A stretch of DNA of 64,000 nucleotides from a virus, in IMG/VR virus record IMGVR_UViG_3300013006_000023, positions 43,652-107,651 of that record. One strand, written 5' to 3'. This document shows, in pieces, positions 28,698-38,848 of this stretch (position 1 is the first letter of the stretch; each line of letters opens with the position of its first letter). Under the pieces are notes generated by a model that was not told where the DNA came from, made no database searches, and worked only from the letters and a program-made list of their open reading frames with translations. The position numbers and the translations under genes were made by a program.

Positions 28698-30415
28698 TGA
28701 CACCGCTCAACAACAGATTCAACGTTAAGACCTTATTTCCTGAACTGGTAGACTGTAACATTACAAATTCAAGACAGTTCTTAGAAGAATATACCGATTT
28801 TATTAAACAAATAGGATTTAAAGCCGGTGAAAATTACATGGGCAATTCCATAGACATAGCCATTGACTATAGAAATGCATTAAAGAGTTCCAACCCTATT
28901 CAAAATTTAATTGATTTCTTTGTGGAGTTAAACACAAAACTAAAAACTCAGCAGAATGATTTCAAAGTTTACTGGATTAAAAAATTTAATAGTTCAGTGG
29001 ATGAAGTTAAAAATGTAGTGCTTGAAAAACTTACTGATAAACAGAATTTTTTTGCCCCTACAAGTGATAGTATTGGCTCATTATACAACCTTACTACTGC
29101 TAGTGATGATTCCACTTTACTTGTAAGTGATTTAAATTCTGATAAGGGATTCTCTAGTACGCTACCTTCATCTTTGTTAAATAAAATTAGTAAAGCTGTT
29201 CTAGAGAATAGTGCGGAATTAAGTATTTTTACAAATAGAGTTTTTAGAAATAACTTAGTTCAAGTCCAAAAGAGCACATATAATGGCAATTTATATGTGG
29301 ATTCTAGCGTCGCACATGGTCAGAACCTTGTGAACGACATGGTATTTTTCAATAATTTTAAGAGAAATATAACAAATTATGTTTCAGAATTAAATACATA
29401 CTTTGGTGATCGTTATGAATACATTCGATACTGCTCAAATATAAACGATAAACCCGGTTTAAATTTAAGAAATTATGATAGTTTTAATCTACAAAAAACT
29501 CCTGATTTTTCTTATACTATCAATATTGAAGGCAGAGATCAAATTGTTGATATATTGCAAAACAAATACAGAGAGAGCACATCAAATGCTACTATTGGAA
29601 AATCACTAGGGGTAGTCAGACTAACAAATAGCAATCAACCAGTCGACACTCAATCCATAAACAATACCTTCTTAAATCAAACCAGCCAACAGCAATTACC
29701 AGAATTTGTTTCAAGAGATACAAAAAACAAATCTATTAAACAACAAGAATTAACTGAAAGCACACTTGGATTGAATGATAAACTATCATTTGTTAGCTCA
29801 CTTACAGACAAGCTAGGCACAGGTGGTGCATTGCAGTTATCCCAACCGTTTATTGGCGAATCTGTAGAATTTTTATCTAATACGTTCAATGAAGCAGTAG
29901 CTCCTGTTAACTCCATATTCGGCGAACTGGGCGGATTTGTACAAAATGTATCAAACACGTCAAATATTAATGCCATAAGTTTTGCAAATCCATTGCAAGC
30001 TGTACAATCCATAGAAAGCATGGCTACAAATTTAACCAACACATTAAATTCAATTCCATTCATAGATCTGTCTCTACCATCAATAGATTTAGGATCGTTC
30101 CCACAACTGGCTGCAATTGCTACCAATACCAATTTCAAAGATCTGGCAAGCAACCCATTAGGTGTACTAGAATTAGCTCAACAAGCAAAAGATTTGATAT
30201 GCAATTTCCAATTACCTATTATAGGTGATTTGGACTTCTCAGCATTATTAACATTTGATTTCGATGGAATTGAAGATATGCTCAAGAAAATAGGTAACAA
30301 ATTTGAAAAACTATGGAATGATATTGAGAAGTTCTTTACTAATCTATTTGACTTTAATAAGCTATTTAAGAACTTTTCTGGTAAGTTCCTTGAATGCGAT
30401 AAAGACAAGAATTAA
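28697..30415 (+). CDS. Hypothetical baseplate-associated protein
   Basis: Coupled to hub gene; amphipathic C-terminus. Confidence 0.6.
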   Translation: MTPLNNRFNVKTLFPELVDCNITNSRQFLEEYTDFIKQIGFKAGENYMGNSIDIAIDYRNALKSSNPIQNLIDFFVELNTKLKTQQNDFKVYWIKKFNSSVDEVKNVVLEKLTDKQNFFAPTSDSIGSLYNLTTASDDSTLLVSDLNSDKGFSSTLPSSLLNKISKAVLENSAELSIFTNRVFRNNLVQVQKSTYNGNLYVDSSVAHGQNLVNDMVFFNNFKRNITNYVSELNTYFGDRYEYIRYCSNINDKPGLNLRNYDSFNLQKTPDFSYTINIEGRDQIVDILQNKYRESTSNATIGKSLGVVRLTNSNQPVDTQSINNTFLNQTSQQQLPEFVSRDTKNKSIKQQELTESTLGLNDKLSFVSSLTDKLGTGGALQLSQPFIGESVEFLSNTFNEAVAPVNSIFGELGGFVQNVSNTSNINAISFANPLQAVQSIESMATNLTNTLNSIPFIDLSLPSIDLGSFPQLAAIATNTNFKDLASNPLGVLELAQQAKDLICNFQLPIIGDLDFSALLTFDFDGIEDMLKKIGNKFEKLWNDIEKFFTNLFDFNKLFKNFSGKFLECDKDKN

Positions 30416-30900
30416 TCTTGTTTTTTCTTATTTTCAAGTTCTATAATTTCAGTGTCAATTATTTTTGCACTCTTATTAGCGCTCTCTATGAGCATCTTAA
30501 AGACCTGTTCTCTTGTGGCTAATAATCTGTTATTATTATCAACTTCTCTTATTTCTTTCTTGCTCTTAATGTCCATGTCTTTAACTTGTACTAATGTTTC
30601 ATTTCTCTTGTCACTTATTATAATCTTATTTAAAGTCTCTAGTGCAGTGGATGTGGCAGCTATAAGTTCCGACATGGAACCCACGTCCTTACTCTCTGGT
30701 GCCGAACTTATGTAATCCTTAACATTAATAACTATATCCATGCTCTCTGATACTAACCTGCCAGCATTTTCAATTACAAATTTCTCTAAATTCTCTTTAG
30801 TTAAAACGTCTCTTGTCTTTTCGCTCTTTTCAGCTTCCTTTTTTACCTCTTTAAGTTGAGATAGCAAATCCCCTACCATTTCATTAAGCTCTTCACTCAT
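30412..30900 (-). CDS. Probable terminase small subunit (gp16-like)
   Basis: 162 aa helical; ...SELIAA...LNK...NNNRLLATREQVFKML parallels the gp16 C-terminal NN..F.GST.EL.KML; late motif 5 nt upstream. Confidence 0.55.
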   Translation of the reverse strand: MSEELNEMVGDLLSQLKEVKKEAEKSEKTRDVLTKENLEKFVIENAGRLVSESMDIVINVKDYISSAPESKDVGSMSELIAATSTALETLNKIIISDKRNETLVQVKDMDIKSKKEIREVDNNNRLLATREQVFKMLIESANKSAKIIDTEIIELENKKKQD

Positions 30901-30917
30901 AATAGTATTTATACATA

Positions 30918-30945
30918 TTGATTTCTATTGAAACGATATTACTAT
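30918..30945 (+). promoter_or_regulatory. Sigma70-like promoter, leaderless
   Basis: TTGATT-N16-TACTAT, 6 nt before ATG 30952. Confidence 0.55.
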
Positions 30946-30951
30946 AGTATG

Positions 30952-31431
30952 ATGTATAGTAAAGATAACTCTAATAGCCGTGATGTGGATCCAAATATTC
31001 AGTTTTTGCCTGTGTTAAAGTTTGAAAAAACCCATGAACTGGCAAAATTACCGGTAAAAAACCATGATAATGATACAGGTTATGATGTTTTTTCAGTTGA
31101 AGAATCAATAATACCTGCCAAAGGCAGTGCAGTAATTAAGGTCGGATTCAAGTTTGCAGCAATACCGGAAGGATACTGGATAAAGGTTGAGTCGCGTAGC
31201 GGACTTGGCTTCAAACATAGTATTATGGCTCATCCAGGCATTATTGACTGTGGATACAGAGGAGATGCTGGTGTTAAGCTGTACAATCTTTCGGATGTTG
31301 ACTATAAAATTAATGTGGGTGACAGGATAGCTCAGTTTGTTGTGTACATAAACTTCTCAATGCCCATGGAATGGGGAGAAGTTGAAGAATCTCAAAGAGG
31401 AGACAAAGGATTTGGCTCTTCCGGAAAATAG
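30952..31431 (+). CDS. dut: Trimeric dUTPase
   Basis: GYDV, SRSGLG, GIIDCGYRG, GDRIAQ, RGDKGFGSSG. Confidence 0.95.
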   Translation: MYSKDNSNSRDVDPNIQFLPVLKFEKTHELAKLPVKNHDNDTGYDVFSVEESIIPAKGSAVIKVGFKFAAIPEGYWIKVESRSGLGFKHSIMAHPGIIDCGYRGDAGVKLYNLSDVDYKINVGDRIAQFVVYINFSMPMEWGEVEESQRGDKGFGSSGK

Positions 31432-31434
31432 TAA

Positions 31435-32373
31435 ATGTTAACATTTAATAGCTTGTGGGTGGAAAAATATAGGCCTAAAAACTTAGAAGACTTTATTTGT
31501 AATGATAAAATTAAATTGTTCATCCAAACAATACAAACCCAGAAAACCATACCTAACTTGTTGTTTGTTGGCACCCCAGGCATTGGTAAAACATCGCTTG
31601 CTAAAATAATTGTCAATGACATCTTAAAATCGCAATATCTTTACATCAATGCTAGCGATGAAAATGGTATTGATACTATCAGAAGCAAGGTCACCAGCTT
31701 TGCACAATCAAAAAGTCTCTATGGTGATATTAAAGTAATTATTTTAGACGAGACTGACGGTCTATCCATAGATGCACAACGCGCTTTACGCAATACTATG
31801 GAGGAGTATTCATCTATTACACGATTCATTCTTACTGCCAACTACAAATACAGAATTATTAATGCCCTACAAAGCAGGTGTCAAAGTTTTGACCTCACAC
31901 CTCCTGTGGAAGGTTCAGTAAAAAGATGTGTACATATTCTTAAAAATGAAAAGATCGAAATACCAGCTGATCAAAAGCAACACTTGTTGTCTTTTATTAA
32001 ATCTAACTATCCAGATCTCAGAAAAACGATCAATGAACTTCAAAAATACTCAGTTAATCAGGTATTAAGCCTTGATATATCTGATAGCGATCAAACCCTT
32101 CAGTTGTTGTTCAATGAAATTAAAAGTAAAAATGTTACTACTCTCAGAAAAGTGCTTATTGAAAACGAATCTGCCTTCAATAATGATTATGTTTCGCTTC
32201 TGAGAGGACTATTTAACTATGTGGACAAGAATGAAGATGATATCAATGTTAGGAAGCAATACCTTCTGACCATATCAGAATATTTGTACAGGAGTTCATT
32301 TGTGATTGATCAGGAGATAAATTTTTACACGTGCTTGATAGCACTCTCAGAACTCAAATCAGCTCTTAGGTAA
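31435..32373 (+). CDS. gp44: Clamp loader AAA+ subunit
   Basis: LWVEKYRP, GTPGIGKT, NASDENGID, ILDE, SRC. Confidence 0.93.
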   Translation: MLTFNSLWVEKYRPKNLEDFICNDKIKLFIQTIQTQKTIPNLLFVGTPGIGKTSLAKIIVNDILKSQYLYINASDENGIDTIRSKVTSFAQSKSLYGDIKVIILDETDGLSIDAQRALRNTMEEYSSITRFILTANYKYRIINALQSRCQSFDLTPPVEGSVKRCVHILKNEKIEIPADQKQHLLSFIKSNYPDLRKTINELQKYSVNQVLSLDISDSDQTLQLLFNEIKSKNVTTLRKVLIENESAFNNDYVSLLRGLFNYVDKNEDDINVRKQYLLTISEYLYRSSFVIDQEINFYTCLIALSELKSALR

Positions 32374-32967
32374 ATAATTGTAAGTGTAGCTAGCTGGATC
32401 TTTATGTGATGCTACTGGTACTGAAGGTATCTTAATATTCTTGTTTAGCAATTCTCTATCACCCTTGGATAGCTTTTTATTGCCTATGTCGGAAAGCCTT
32501 GTTTGTTGCGGTGTATAGAAAGGAACTTCTTGATTTTCATCTTTAACTCGCTTGGGCTTGATATTGACTCTCTTAGCAGGATCACCTTTCTTAAAAATCT
32601 CTGGAACATCAGGTAAATTGGGGTAACTGCTTCTCACATCTAAAAGTCTGCTTGGCACAGTAACAAAATCCATGTATCTGCCTGGTGCAATTTCTGCTAC
32701 AATATCAACATCTGATTCTGACCCAATGAAACTTGTGTCACCTGCTGCACCCACTGCAGGGTATTTGTTCTTAACTGCAGAGACTCTCAAATTTAGACCG
32801 CCTGTGGCCATCTGTCTGAGTTTTTCTTGTGTATTTGTGCCAGCGTTCATGTACCACTCGTCTTTAAACGCTTTATCTTTGAAAACAACCAAATCACCAG
32901 CTAAAAATCCTGTATTTGAATACCTCTGTAATGCTGATTCAAATAGCTTAGTGAACTTGAGATTCAT
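32359..32967 (-). CDS. Hypothetical late protein
   Basis: Late motif 6 nt upstream; N-terminal FTKLFES. Confidence 0.7.
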   Translation of the reverse strand: MNLKFTKLFESALQRYSNTGFLAGDLVVFKDKAFKDEWYMNAGTNTQEKLRQMATGGLNLRVSAVKNKYPAVGAAGDTSFIGSESDVDIVAEIAPGRYMDFVTVPSRLLDVRSSYPNLPDVPEIFKKGDPAKRVNIKPKRVKDENQEVPFYTPQQTRLSDIGNKKLSKGDRELLNKNIKIPSVPVASHKDPASYTYNYLPKS

Positions 32968-33035
32968 TAAAATTATTTATTCTTCTGCGTGCGAGAAATA
33001 GGCTTATAATCGATAAAAACCACATAAATATATGT

Positions 33036-33518
33036 GTGGCAACTATAAAAATTAATTCCATTAAAGAGGTTAAGCCAGCACATGAAGAGTATCTTTACTC
33101 GGATCTTACTTTGGACATGGAATTTGGATACACAAAAAGTAATGAACTCCTTAAACTCAATGAAGTTAAAGATTTAAAGCTGAGCTATAATTATAATGCC
33201 ATTAAAAATTCTATATTCAATTTATTCAACACATCCAAAGGTCAGAAACCGCTCAATCCCGAATTCGGTCTAAATATAGACAGGTATCTGTTCAATGGGT
33301 TGAGTGAATCAATAGGATATGTAATAGGAAATGATATATTGGACAATATAACCAGATTTGAACCGCGAATCAATGTTATAAATGTGGATGTTGCTGTGGA
33401 TGAGCCAAATTTTCAATATATTATAACCTTGGTAGTGGTAGTACCGAATATTAAGAAGGATAACAGGATTAAATTAGTGGGGACACTAAGTAATTCAGGA
33501 TTTAACTTCACAAATTAA
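33036..33518 (+). CDS. gp25: Baseplate wedge subunit
   Basis: AIKNSIFNLFNTSKGQKPLNPEFG, ITRFEPRI. Confidence 0.9.
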   Translation: MATIKINSIKEVKPAHEEYLYSDLTLDMEFGYTKSNELLKLNEVKDLKLSYNYNAIKNSIFNLFNTSKGQKPLNPEFGLNIDRYLFNGLSESIGYVIGNDILDNITRFEPRINVINVDVAVDEPNFQYIITLVVVVPNIKKDNRIKLVGTLSNSGFNFTN

Positions 33519-33519
33519 T

Positions 33520-35373
33520 ATGGCAACATTCGAACAATTTCCTTTGCTTAAAAACGAGTATGTAGCTTTTGATGCTACTAGCTTGAAGTCATTAATCACT
33601 ACCAGATTAAACAGCAAGCAGATATTCACAGATCAAAATTTCGAGGGCAGCAATATTTCCTCTGTAATTGACATTGTTGCGTATGCATACAATGTTTTAA
33701 TCTTTTATCTCAATCAAACTGCCTCAGAAAGTACTTTTACCACTGCAGAATTGTACGAAAATATTAATAAAATTGTAAAACTACTAAGCTACAAACCAAT
33801 AGGATCACAAACACCCATATTGCCTTTTCTAGCCACTGGTCAGCCAGCATTGCTTGCAAATATCTATACAATTCCAAGATACAGTTATTTCACTATCAAT
33901 GGCTACAATTATTCATTCAATAACGACATATCTTTCTTCAAGACTACAAATGCTTCAGAAGTATTAACTGATTTACAAGATAATAACTTACTTTATCAAG
34001 GAACGTTCACTGAATACCCCATTTATACTGCAACTGGTGAGCCTTACGAGGTATTAACCATCTCCATAGTAGATAATGATAATAACAATGCTATTATTGA
34101 TCATTTTAATGTGGATGTGTATGTGAAAGATAATGCCACTCCCAATGCTAAATGGGAAAAATGGGCACCAGTGCAGTCGTTGTTCTTGCAACGCTCCAAT
34201 TCCACGTCATATGAAATTAGATTGAATGAAAACGAAAGATACGAGATAAAGTTTGGCAACAACGTCACTGGTAAAAAATTAAATGCTGGTGATCAAGTTG
34301 CCATTTATTATCTAAAGAGTGATGGCAGTAAAGGCGAAGTAGGACCTGGGCTATTAAACAATAACAAATTGTTTTTCTTCAACACGCCAAATTTTGCACA
34401 AGTAAAAATTGATACAACTCCGGAGAATCTTAACATCATAACTGCTCAACAAGCTGCGCTTATTAATTTTACAAATATTGACGGCTCAACCACATACATA
34501 GAAAGAGAGAGTGTGAGCCGCATAAAAGAAAATTCCATCAATACATTCAGAAGTCAATATAGACTCATAACCAGTGATGATTTTATTAGCTATGTTTCTA
34601 AAAATTACAGTAATATTATTTCATCTGTGTATGCAGTCAATAATTGGGACTATATATCTGGTCATTTAAAGTATTACTTTGATTTAGGCATAACTAATCC
34701 AAACAATACAAGTAGAGTATTCTTTAACCAAGTAAAATTTGCTGATTCATGTAATTTTAACAACGTCTACATTTATGCTGTACCCAAATTAGAAAAGTTA
34801 ACATCACTTACATCAAGATCCAATTATTTAAACGCCTCACAGAAGCAGCTATTGTTAAATGACCTGCAGCAAGTCAAACTTACAACATCAGAAGTAATAA
34901 TTAATGACCCTGTGTATGTAGCTGTTGATGTAGGCACTAGCTTCAATAATGAAACCCTTTCACCCGCCATTGCAGACACATCTTTTATTGAAATCTCAAG
35001 AGACATTACTTCAAAAAGAAATCCAGAAGCACTTAAAAAGCTTATAACTAAAATATTTACTGATTATTTTTCTACTCTTAACAATAACTTAGGTGCCACC
35101 ATAAGTCTTACTAACATATCCAATCAAATAAGAGCTCTTGAAGGTGTAACTGATGTGAAGACCAAAAGAATCCAAGGTGAAAATACTATAGAAGTAAATG
35201 GCATTAATTTATTGGTCTATAACCCCGTCTACCCATTCAAAGACATATCAATTATAGCACAAGATACAAAATTACCTTATTTTAAATATCCATACTTAAA
35301 CAACGTCCTTGATTTTGGCAATAAGATAAGAATTGTTACTCCTTCTATACAAACTATAACTAAGGAGTATTAA
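33520..35373 (+). CDS. gp6: Baseplate wedge subunit
   Basis: FTDQNFEGSNIS, YEIKFGNNVTGKKL, RLITSDDF. Confidence 0.9.
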   Translation: MATFEQFPLLKNEYVAFDATSLKSLITTRLNSKQIFTDQNFEGSNISSVIDIVAYAYNVLIFYLNQTASESTFTTAELYENINKIVKLLSYKPIGSQTPILPFLATGQPALLANIYTIPRYSYFTINGYNYSFNNDISFFKTTNASEVLTDLQDNNLLYQGTFTEYPIYTATGEPYEVLTISIVDNDNNNAIIDHFNVDVYVKDNATPNAKWEKWAPVQSLFLQRSNSTSYEIRLNENERYEIKFGNNVTGKKLNAGDQVAIYYLKSDGSKGEVGPGLLNNNKLFFFNTPNFAQVKIDTTPENLNIITAQQAALINFTNIDGSTTYIERESVSRIKENSINTFRSQYRLITSDDFISYVSKNYSNIISSVYAVNNWDYISGHLKYYFDLGITNPNNTSRVFFNQVKFADSCNFNNVYIYAVPKLEKLTSLTSRSNYLNASQKQLLLNDLQQVKLTTSEVIINDPVYVAVDVGTSFNNETLSPAIADTSFIEISRDITSKRNPEALKKLITKIFTDYFSTLNNNLGATISLTNISNQIRALEGVTDVKTKRIQGENTIEVNGINLLVYNPVYPFKDISIIAQDTKLPYFKYPYLNNVLDFGNKIRIVTPSIQTITKEY

Positions 35374-38300
35374 TGGCTAATACTACCCCGCAGTTCATAA
35401 ATTATTCATATATATATTTTGATGTAAAGGATTATTCAAACAACAGAACATTATCATCCTACACACTTGAAAATACACCACTTGTCTTTATACCCAATTT
35501 AACCTCTTCTGCCTTACTTACTGCATCAGACGCCATATCAAACAAGTACGTGCAATGGAATTTCGGTGATGGAACGTTTTCAAACGATTTAACTGCAACT
35601 CATAGATACAAATGGCCAGGGATATACAAACCTATACTGACTGTTTATAACAGGCAAGGTGTACCATATGATTCAAGCTATCAACCCCTCATTGAAATCA
35701 AAGATTTTGTACCTGATGCACTTATTTTTAGAGACAGCGATAAATTCTTTCTGAATACTCTTGCTGGTAAGCTTACTGAACCTATTGATCTGTATAGATA
35801 TAATAGTTGGCAGTCATATCCTGCATTGAGCTCTGAGGGATACACCATTAATTTGTATGCTTCAGGTGCACTTGGTGAATATCTTGATTTAGATAGATAT
35901 AATAATGATAAATGGGGCCATTTAAGAAAAACTAGCAGATTTTATATTAAAAATGAATACAACGGCAATGAAGAATATACAGTTGTTGACAGTTTGTGTA
36001 CTAATAGCGTGGAGATATACACAGTCGTTGATGGTGGTATCTTAACAATATGCAGCATGGACACACCCAACAGTGTTTTTGCAGGCACTTCTGGGCAAAA
36101 GTCAATTTACTATGCAGACGATTATGTAAAAAATTTCTCAACAAGAAACGCTCCTATCTTCATATTCGCAAATTTTGATAGTTCCAAATTTAGTGACAGC
36201 TTTACTATTAAAAATGATGCTTATCGTAGCATAAGGTACATGCCTATTGGATATCAAAATCTTAAACCAGCCATATTTCCATTTACTAAAATAAGATTTA
36301 ATCCAGCTGATAAACTATCAATTTCAACAACAGGCATAGACGGGGAAGGTACACTGTCTACAACAGTATTTGATATTCCAAAATTGAGCTGGTCGAAAAC
36401 CCAAATTCCATTTGTTATAAAACTTAAAGACAATGAAAATTTTACTACCAAAACATACCAAGAGCTAGATTCGTCCACTATTCATCCAAATCTTTCCAAT
36501 GTTCAATACTTTAACCTGCAGCTTGCGTTACTGGAGCAAACTGACAACGGGGTTCGCCCCATAACTGCAGTTAAATTTTATGACGACTTTGGTTCTGATA
36601 TTCCTAAATCTATAGGCGGGTTTTATAAAGGGTATTTTGTGGCTGATACCACAAGTAACAATTGCTTTCTGAGTGCATCAATGGTTATTAGAGATGTTCC
36701 AAACATGTTTCTTGATACCATATTTGGATGGATTGCGTTGCCACAATTCAACAAATTGCAAAGGTACTTCAAACAAGAAATATATAGCTATTGCACCGGT
36801 CTATTAACATTAAATTTATCTGCGGAATCCATCAAGTACGACAGCAGGAGCAATAGAAATGTCTACTCCATACAAGTAATACCTTCAGGCTCTGACTATA
36901 CAAAAGATTTTCAAACTTGGTTTGCTGATGGCTCCAGAGATACACTATTTAAATTTGATGTGAATGGCAATATGTTATCTTCATTTAGCCTTTCCTCTTA
37001 CCCACTATCTACTACCTCTGGAATTACTTATATAGATCTAAGATCGCCACAAATAAGTAGTGCTGCCCCTGGAAGTTTGGCATTAGACGCAAGAAATGAT
37101 CTTTGGATGACACTTTTTGATAGTGTATCAGTATTAAAATTAGATTGCAATACAGGTGTTATTAAATCTGTAGCTTATCCTGCAAACAGTAACATTGTAT
37201 ATCTATTGAGCTCCGACTACAACTTGCCACAATTAAGTGGTTTTGCAGGTGAGAATTTATTCTTACCCTCCAGCGTGGATACTGACGTAGATAATAACAT
37301 TTGGGTAACATACACCCATCCAGCTTCCAACTTCCTCATAAAGTACGATACATATGGCCAGCTATTAACTACAATTCTATTTCCAAAAGTAATAAGCCCT
37401 GTGGAGGTGGTTATTGACAGAGATAATAATGCATGGTTGACTGCTTATAATTTAATTAGTGGATACAGGTTAGATCAAAGAGATGATTTTCTCTATAAAT
37501 TCAATAACAAAGGCGAATTGCTCTCAGGCTATCCAATCAAAGGGTTTAAGAATATTGGAAATCTCACAATTGATACGCTACAGAATGCCATTGTGTTTGA
37601 AAACCAACAAACCGTTACAAAAATAAACAAGAACACTTTACAAAAAACATATTTTAAAGCAGGTAGTGCCAATCAAACCACATACATAGGCAGCGCTGGG
37701 GGCATTGCATGTGACACAGGGGATTTTGTCTGGGTAATTAATAACTTTGATAAGAGATTATATTTTATTGATTCATACCAAGAGCCTGCTGATGCTTATA
37801 ATAATATGTCTTGGGTGACGCTTGAATACCCACCTGAAAGTGTGGAGAATGTATTAAGCTCTTTTCAAATGAAACAATTTCAAGCTTATGGTGATTGGTT
37901 GGGTCAAAGATGGTCAAACAAATATGCTGTAAAATCATCTCTTGAAAGAGCCATTACAGGCAGCAGTAATTCTTTTAAAATATTGCCTTATACTGGTGAG
38001 TATAATGTGTATAAAGTTAATGAAGATTTTAATGCTGAAGGGTTCTATTATTCATTAGCTTATAATGATCTGTTAAGTGAATGTAATAAATTTTTTAAAT
38101 CATTCTTGGGCACAATAGTTGGTGGTGTGACTGCTCAGCCCTATGAACTTGGAAAAACAATTTACGAAAAAATTGCTAATTTTGTTAGCAATAAAAGCGA
38201 CATTGATCTTGTCAATCTTGACTCTCTCTTGAGCATGTGCAATGAATTGTCTGTACAATTTGAACAATATAATTATCCATTTCCTCCTCAGATTGAAAGG

Positions 38301-38840
38301 CTAGTCAACTTATTATCCATTAAGCATAAAAAGCTATGGGGAGATAAAAATAAATATGACTTAAACTTTGATAATAAATTAGGTTCATATCCCATCTCCA
38401 AAGCCACCAATTTAGGCGATGAATTATCTGTACTTACAAGTGTAGTTACTGCTTATACTCCGGTAGTAGCATATGAAATATTCTCAAATACCTACACAGT
38501 TGTGAACAGAACACTCATTCCTGGTCTTAATATCAACGAGACTGCACCTCTATCAACATTTAACTACAATTGGGCATGGGGGCTGGTCTTGCCAGCAGCA
38601 GTATCTGGTGTGAAGATTAAAGATTATTATAAATTTTACAAGTATGTTGAAAAATATAATGATGGTGTGTATGATAATATCATAGATTGGAATAACCCAC
38701 ATACAACTTTAAGCTATTCTAACAGCAGCTTTAATGAATGGTCCAAGATCAATGGCATAATGGAAAATGTATTAAGCTATGAACTAACAAAAGGGCTTAG
38801 ATTGATATTAAGCGCTAGCGACCTGGTATATAACAATTAA
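35373..38840 (+). CDS. Large baseplate protein (gp7-like position) with PKD domain and beta-propeller
   Basis: WNFGDG..ATHRYKWPGIY (PKD); repeated (L/V)xxDxxNxxW propeller blades; coupled to gp6 with SD AAGGAG. Confidence 0.6.
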   Translation: MANTTPQFINYSYIYFDVKDYSNNRTLSSYTLENTPLVFIPNLTSSALLTASDAISNKYVQWNFGDGTFSNDLTATHRYKWPGIYKPILTVYNRQGVPYDSSYQPLIEIKDFVPDALIFRDSDKFFLNTLAGKLTEPIDLYRYNSWQSYPALSSEGYTINLYASGALGEYLDLDRYNNDKWGHLRKTSRFYIKNEYNGNEEYTVVDSLCTNSVEIYTVVDGGILTICSMDTPNSVFAGTSGQKSIYYADDYVKNFSTRNAPIFIFANFDSSKFSDSFTIKNDAYRSIRYMPIGYQNLKPAIFPFTKIRFNPADKLSISTTGIDGEGTLSTTVFDIPKLSWSKTQIPFVIKLKDNENFTTKTYQELDSSTIHPNLSNVQYFNLQLALLEQTDNGVRPITAVKFYDDFGSDIPKSIGGFYKGYFVADTTSNNCFLSASMVIRDVPNMFLDTIFGWIALPQFNKLQRYFKQEIYSYCTGLLTLNLSAESIKYDSRSNRNVYSIQVIPSGSDYTKDFQTWFADGSRDTLFKFDVNGNMLSSFSLSSYPLSTTSGITYIDLRSPQISSAAPGSLALDARNDLWMTLFDSVSVLKLDCNTGVIKSVAYPANSNIVYLLSSDYNLPQLSGFAGENLFLPSSVDTDVDNNIWVTYTHPASNFLIKYDTYGQLLTTILFPKVISPVEVVIDRDNNAWLTAYNLISGYRLDQRDDFLYKFNNKGELLSGYPIKGFKNIGNLTIDTLQNAIVFENQQTVTKINKNTLQKTYFKAGSANQTTYIGSAGGIACDTGDFVWVINNFDKRLYFIDSYQEPADAYNNMSWVTLEYPPESVENVLSSFQMKQFQAYGDWLGQRWSNKYAVKSSLERAITGSSNSFKILPYTGEYNVYKVNEDFNAEGFYYSLAYNDLLSECNKFFKSFLGTIVGGVTAQPYELGKTIYEKIANFVSNKSDIDLVNLDSLLSMCNELSVQFEQYNYPFPPQIERLVNLLSIKHKKLWGDKNKYDLNFDNKLGSYPISKATNLGDELSVLTSVVTAYTPVVAYEIFSNTYTVVNRTLIPGLNINETAPLSTFNYNWAWGLVLPAAVSGVKIKDYYKFYKYVEKYNDGVYDNIIDWNNPHTTLSYSNSSFNEWSKINGIMENVLSYELTKGLRLILSASDLVYNN

Positions 38841-38848
38841 ATAATTAG

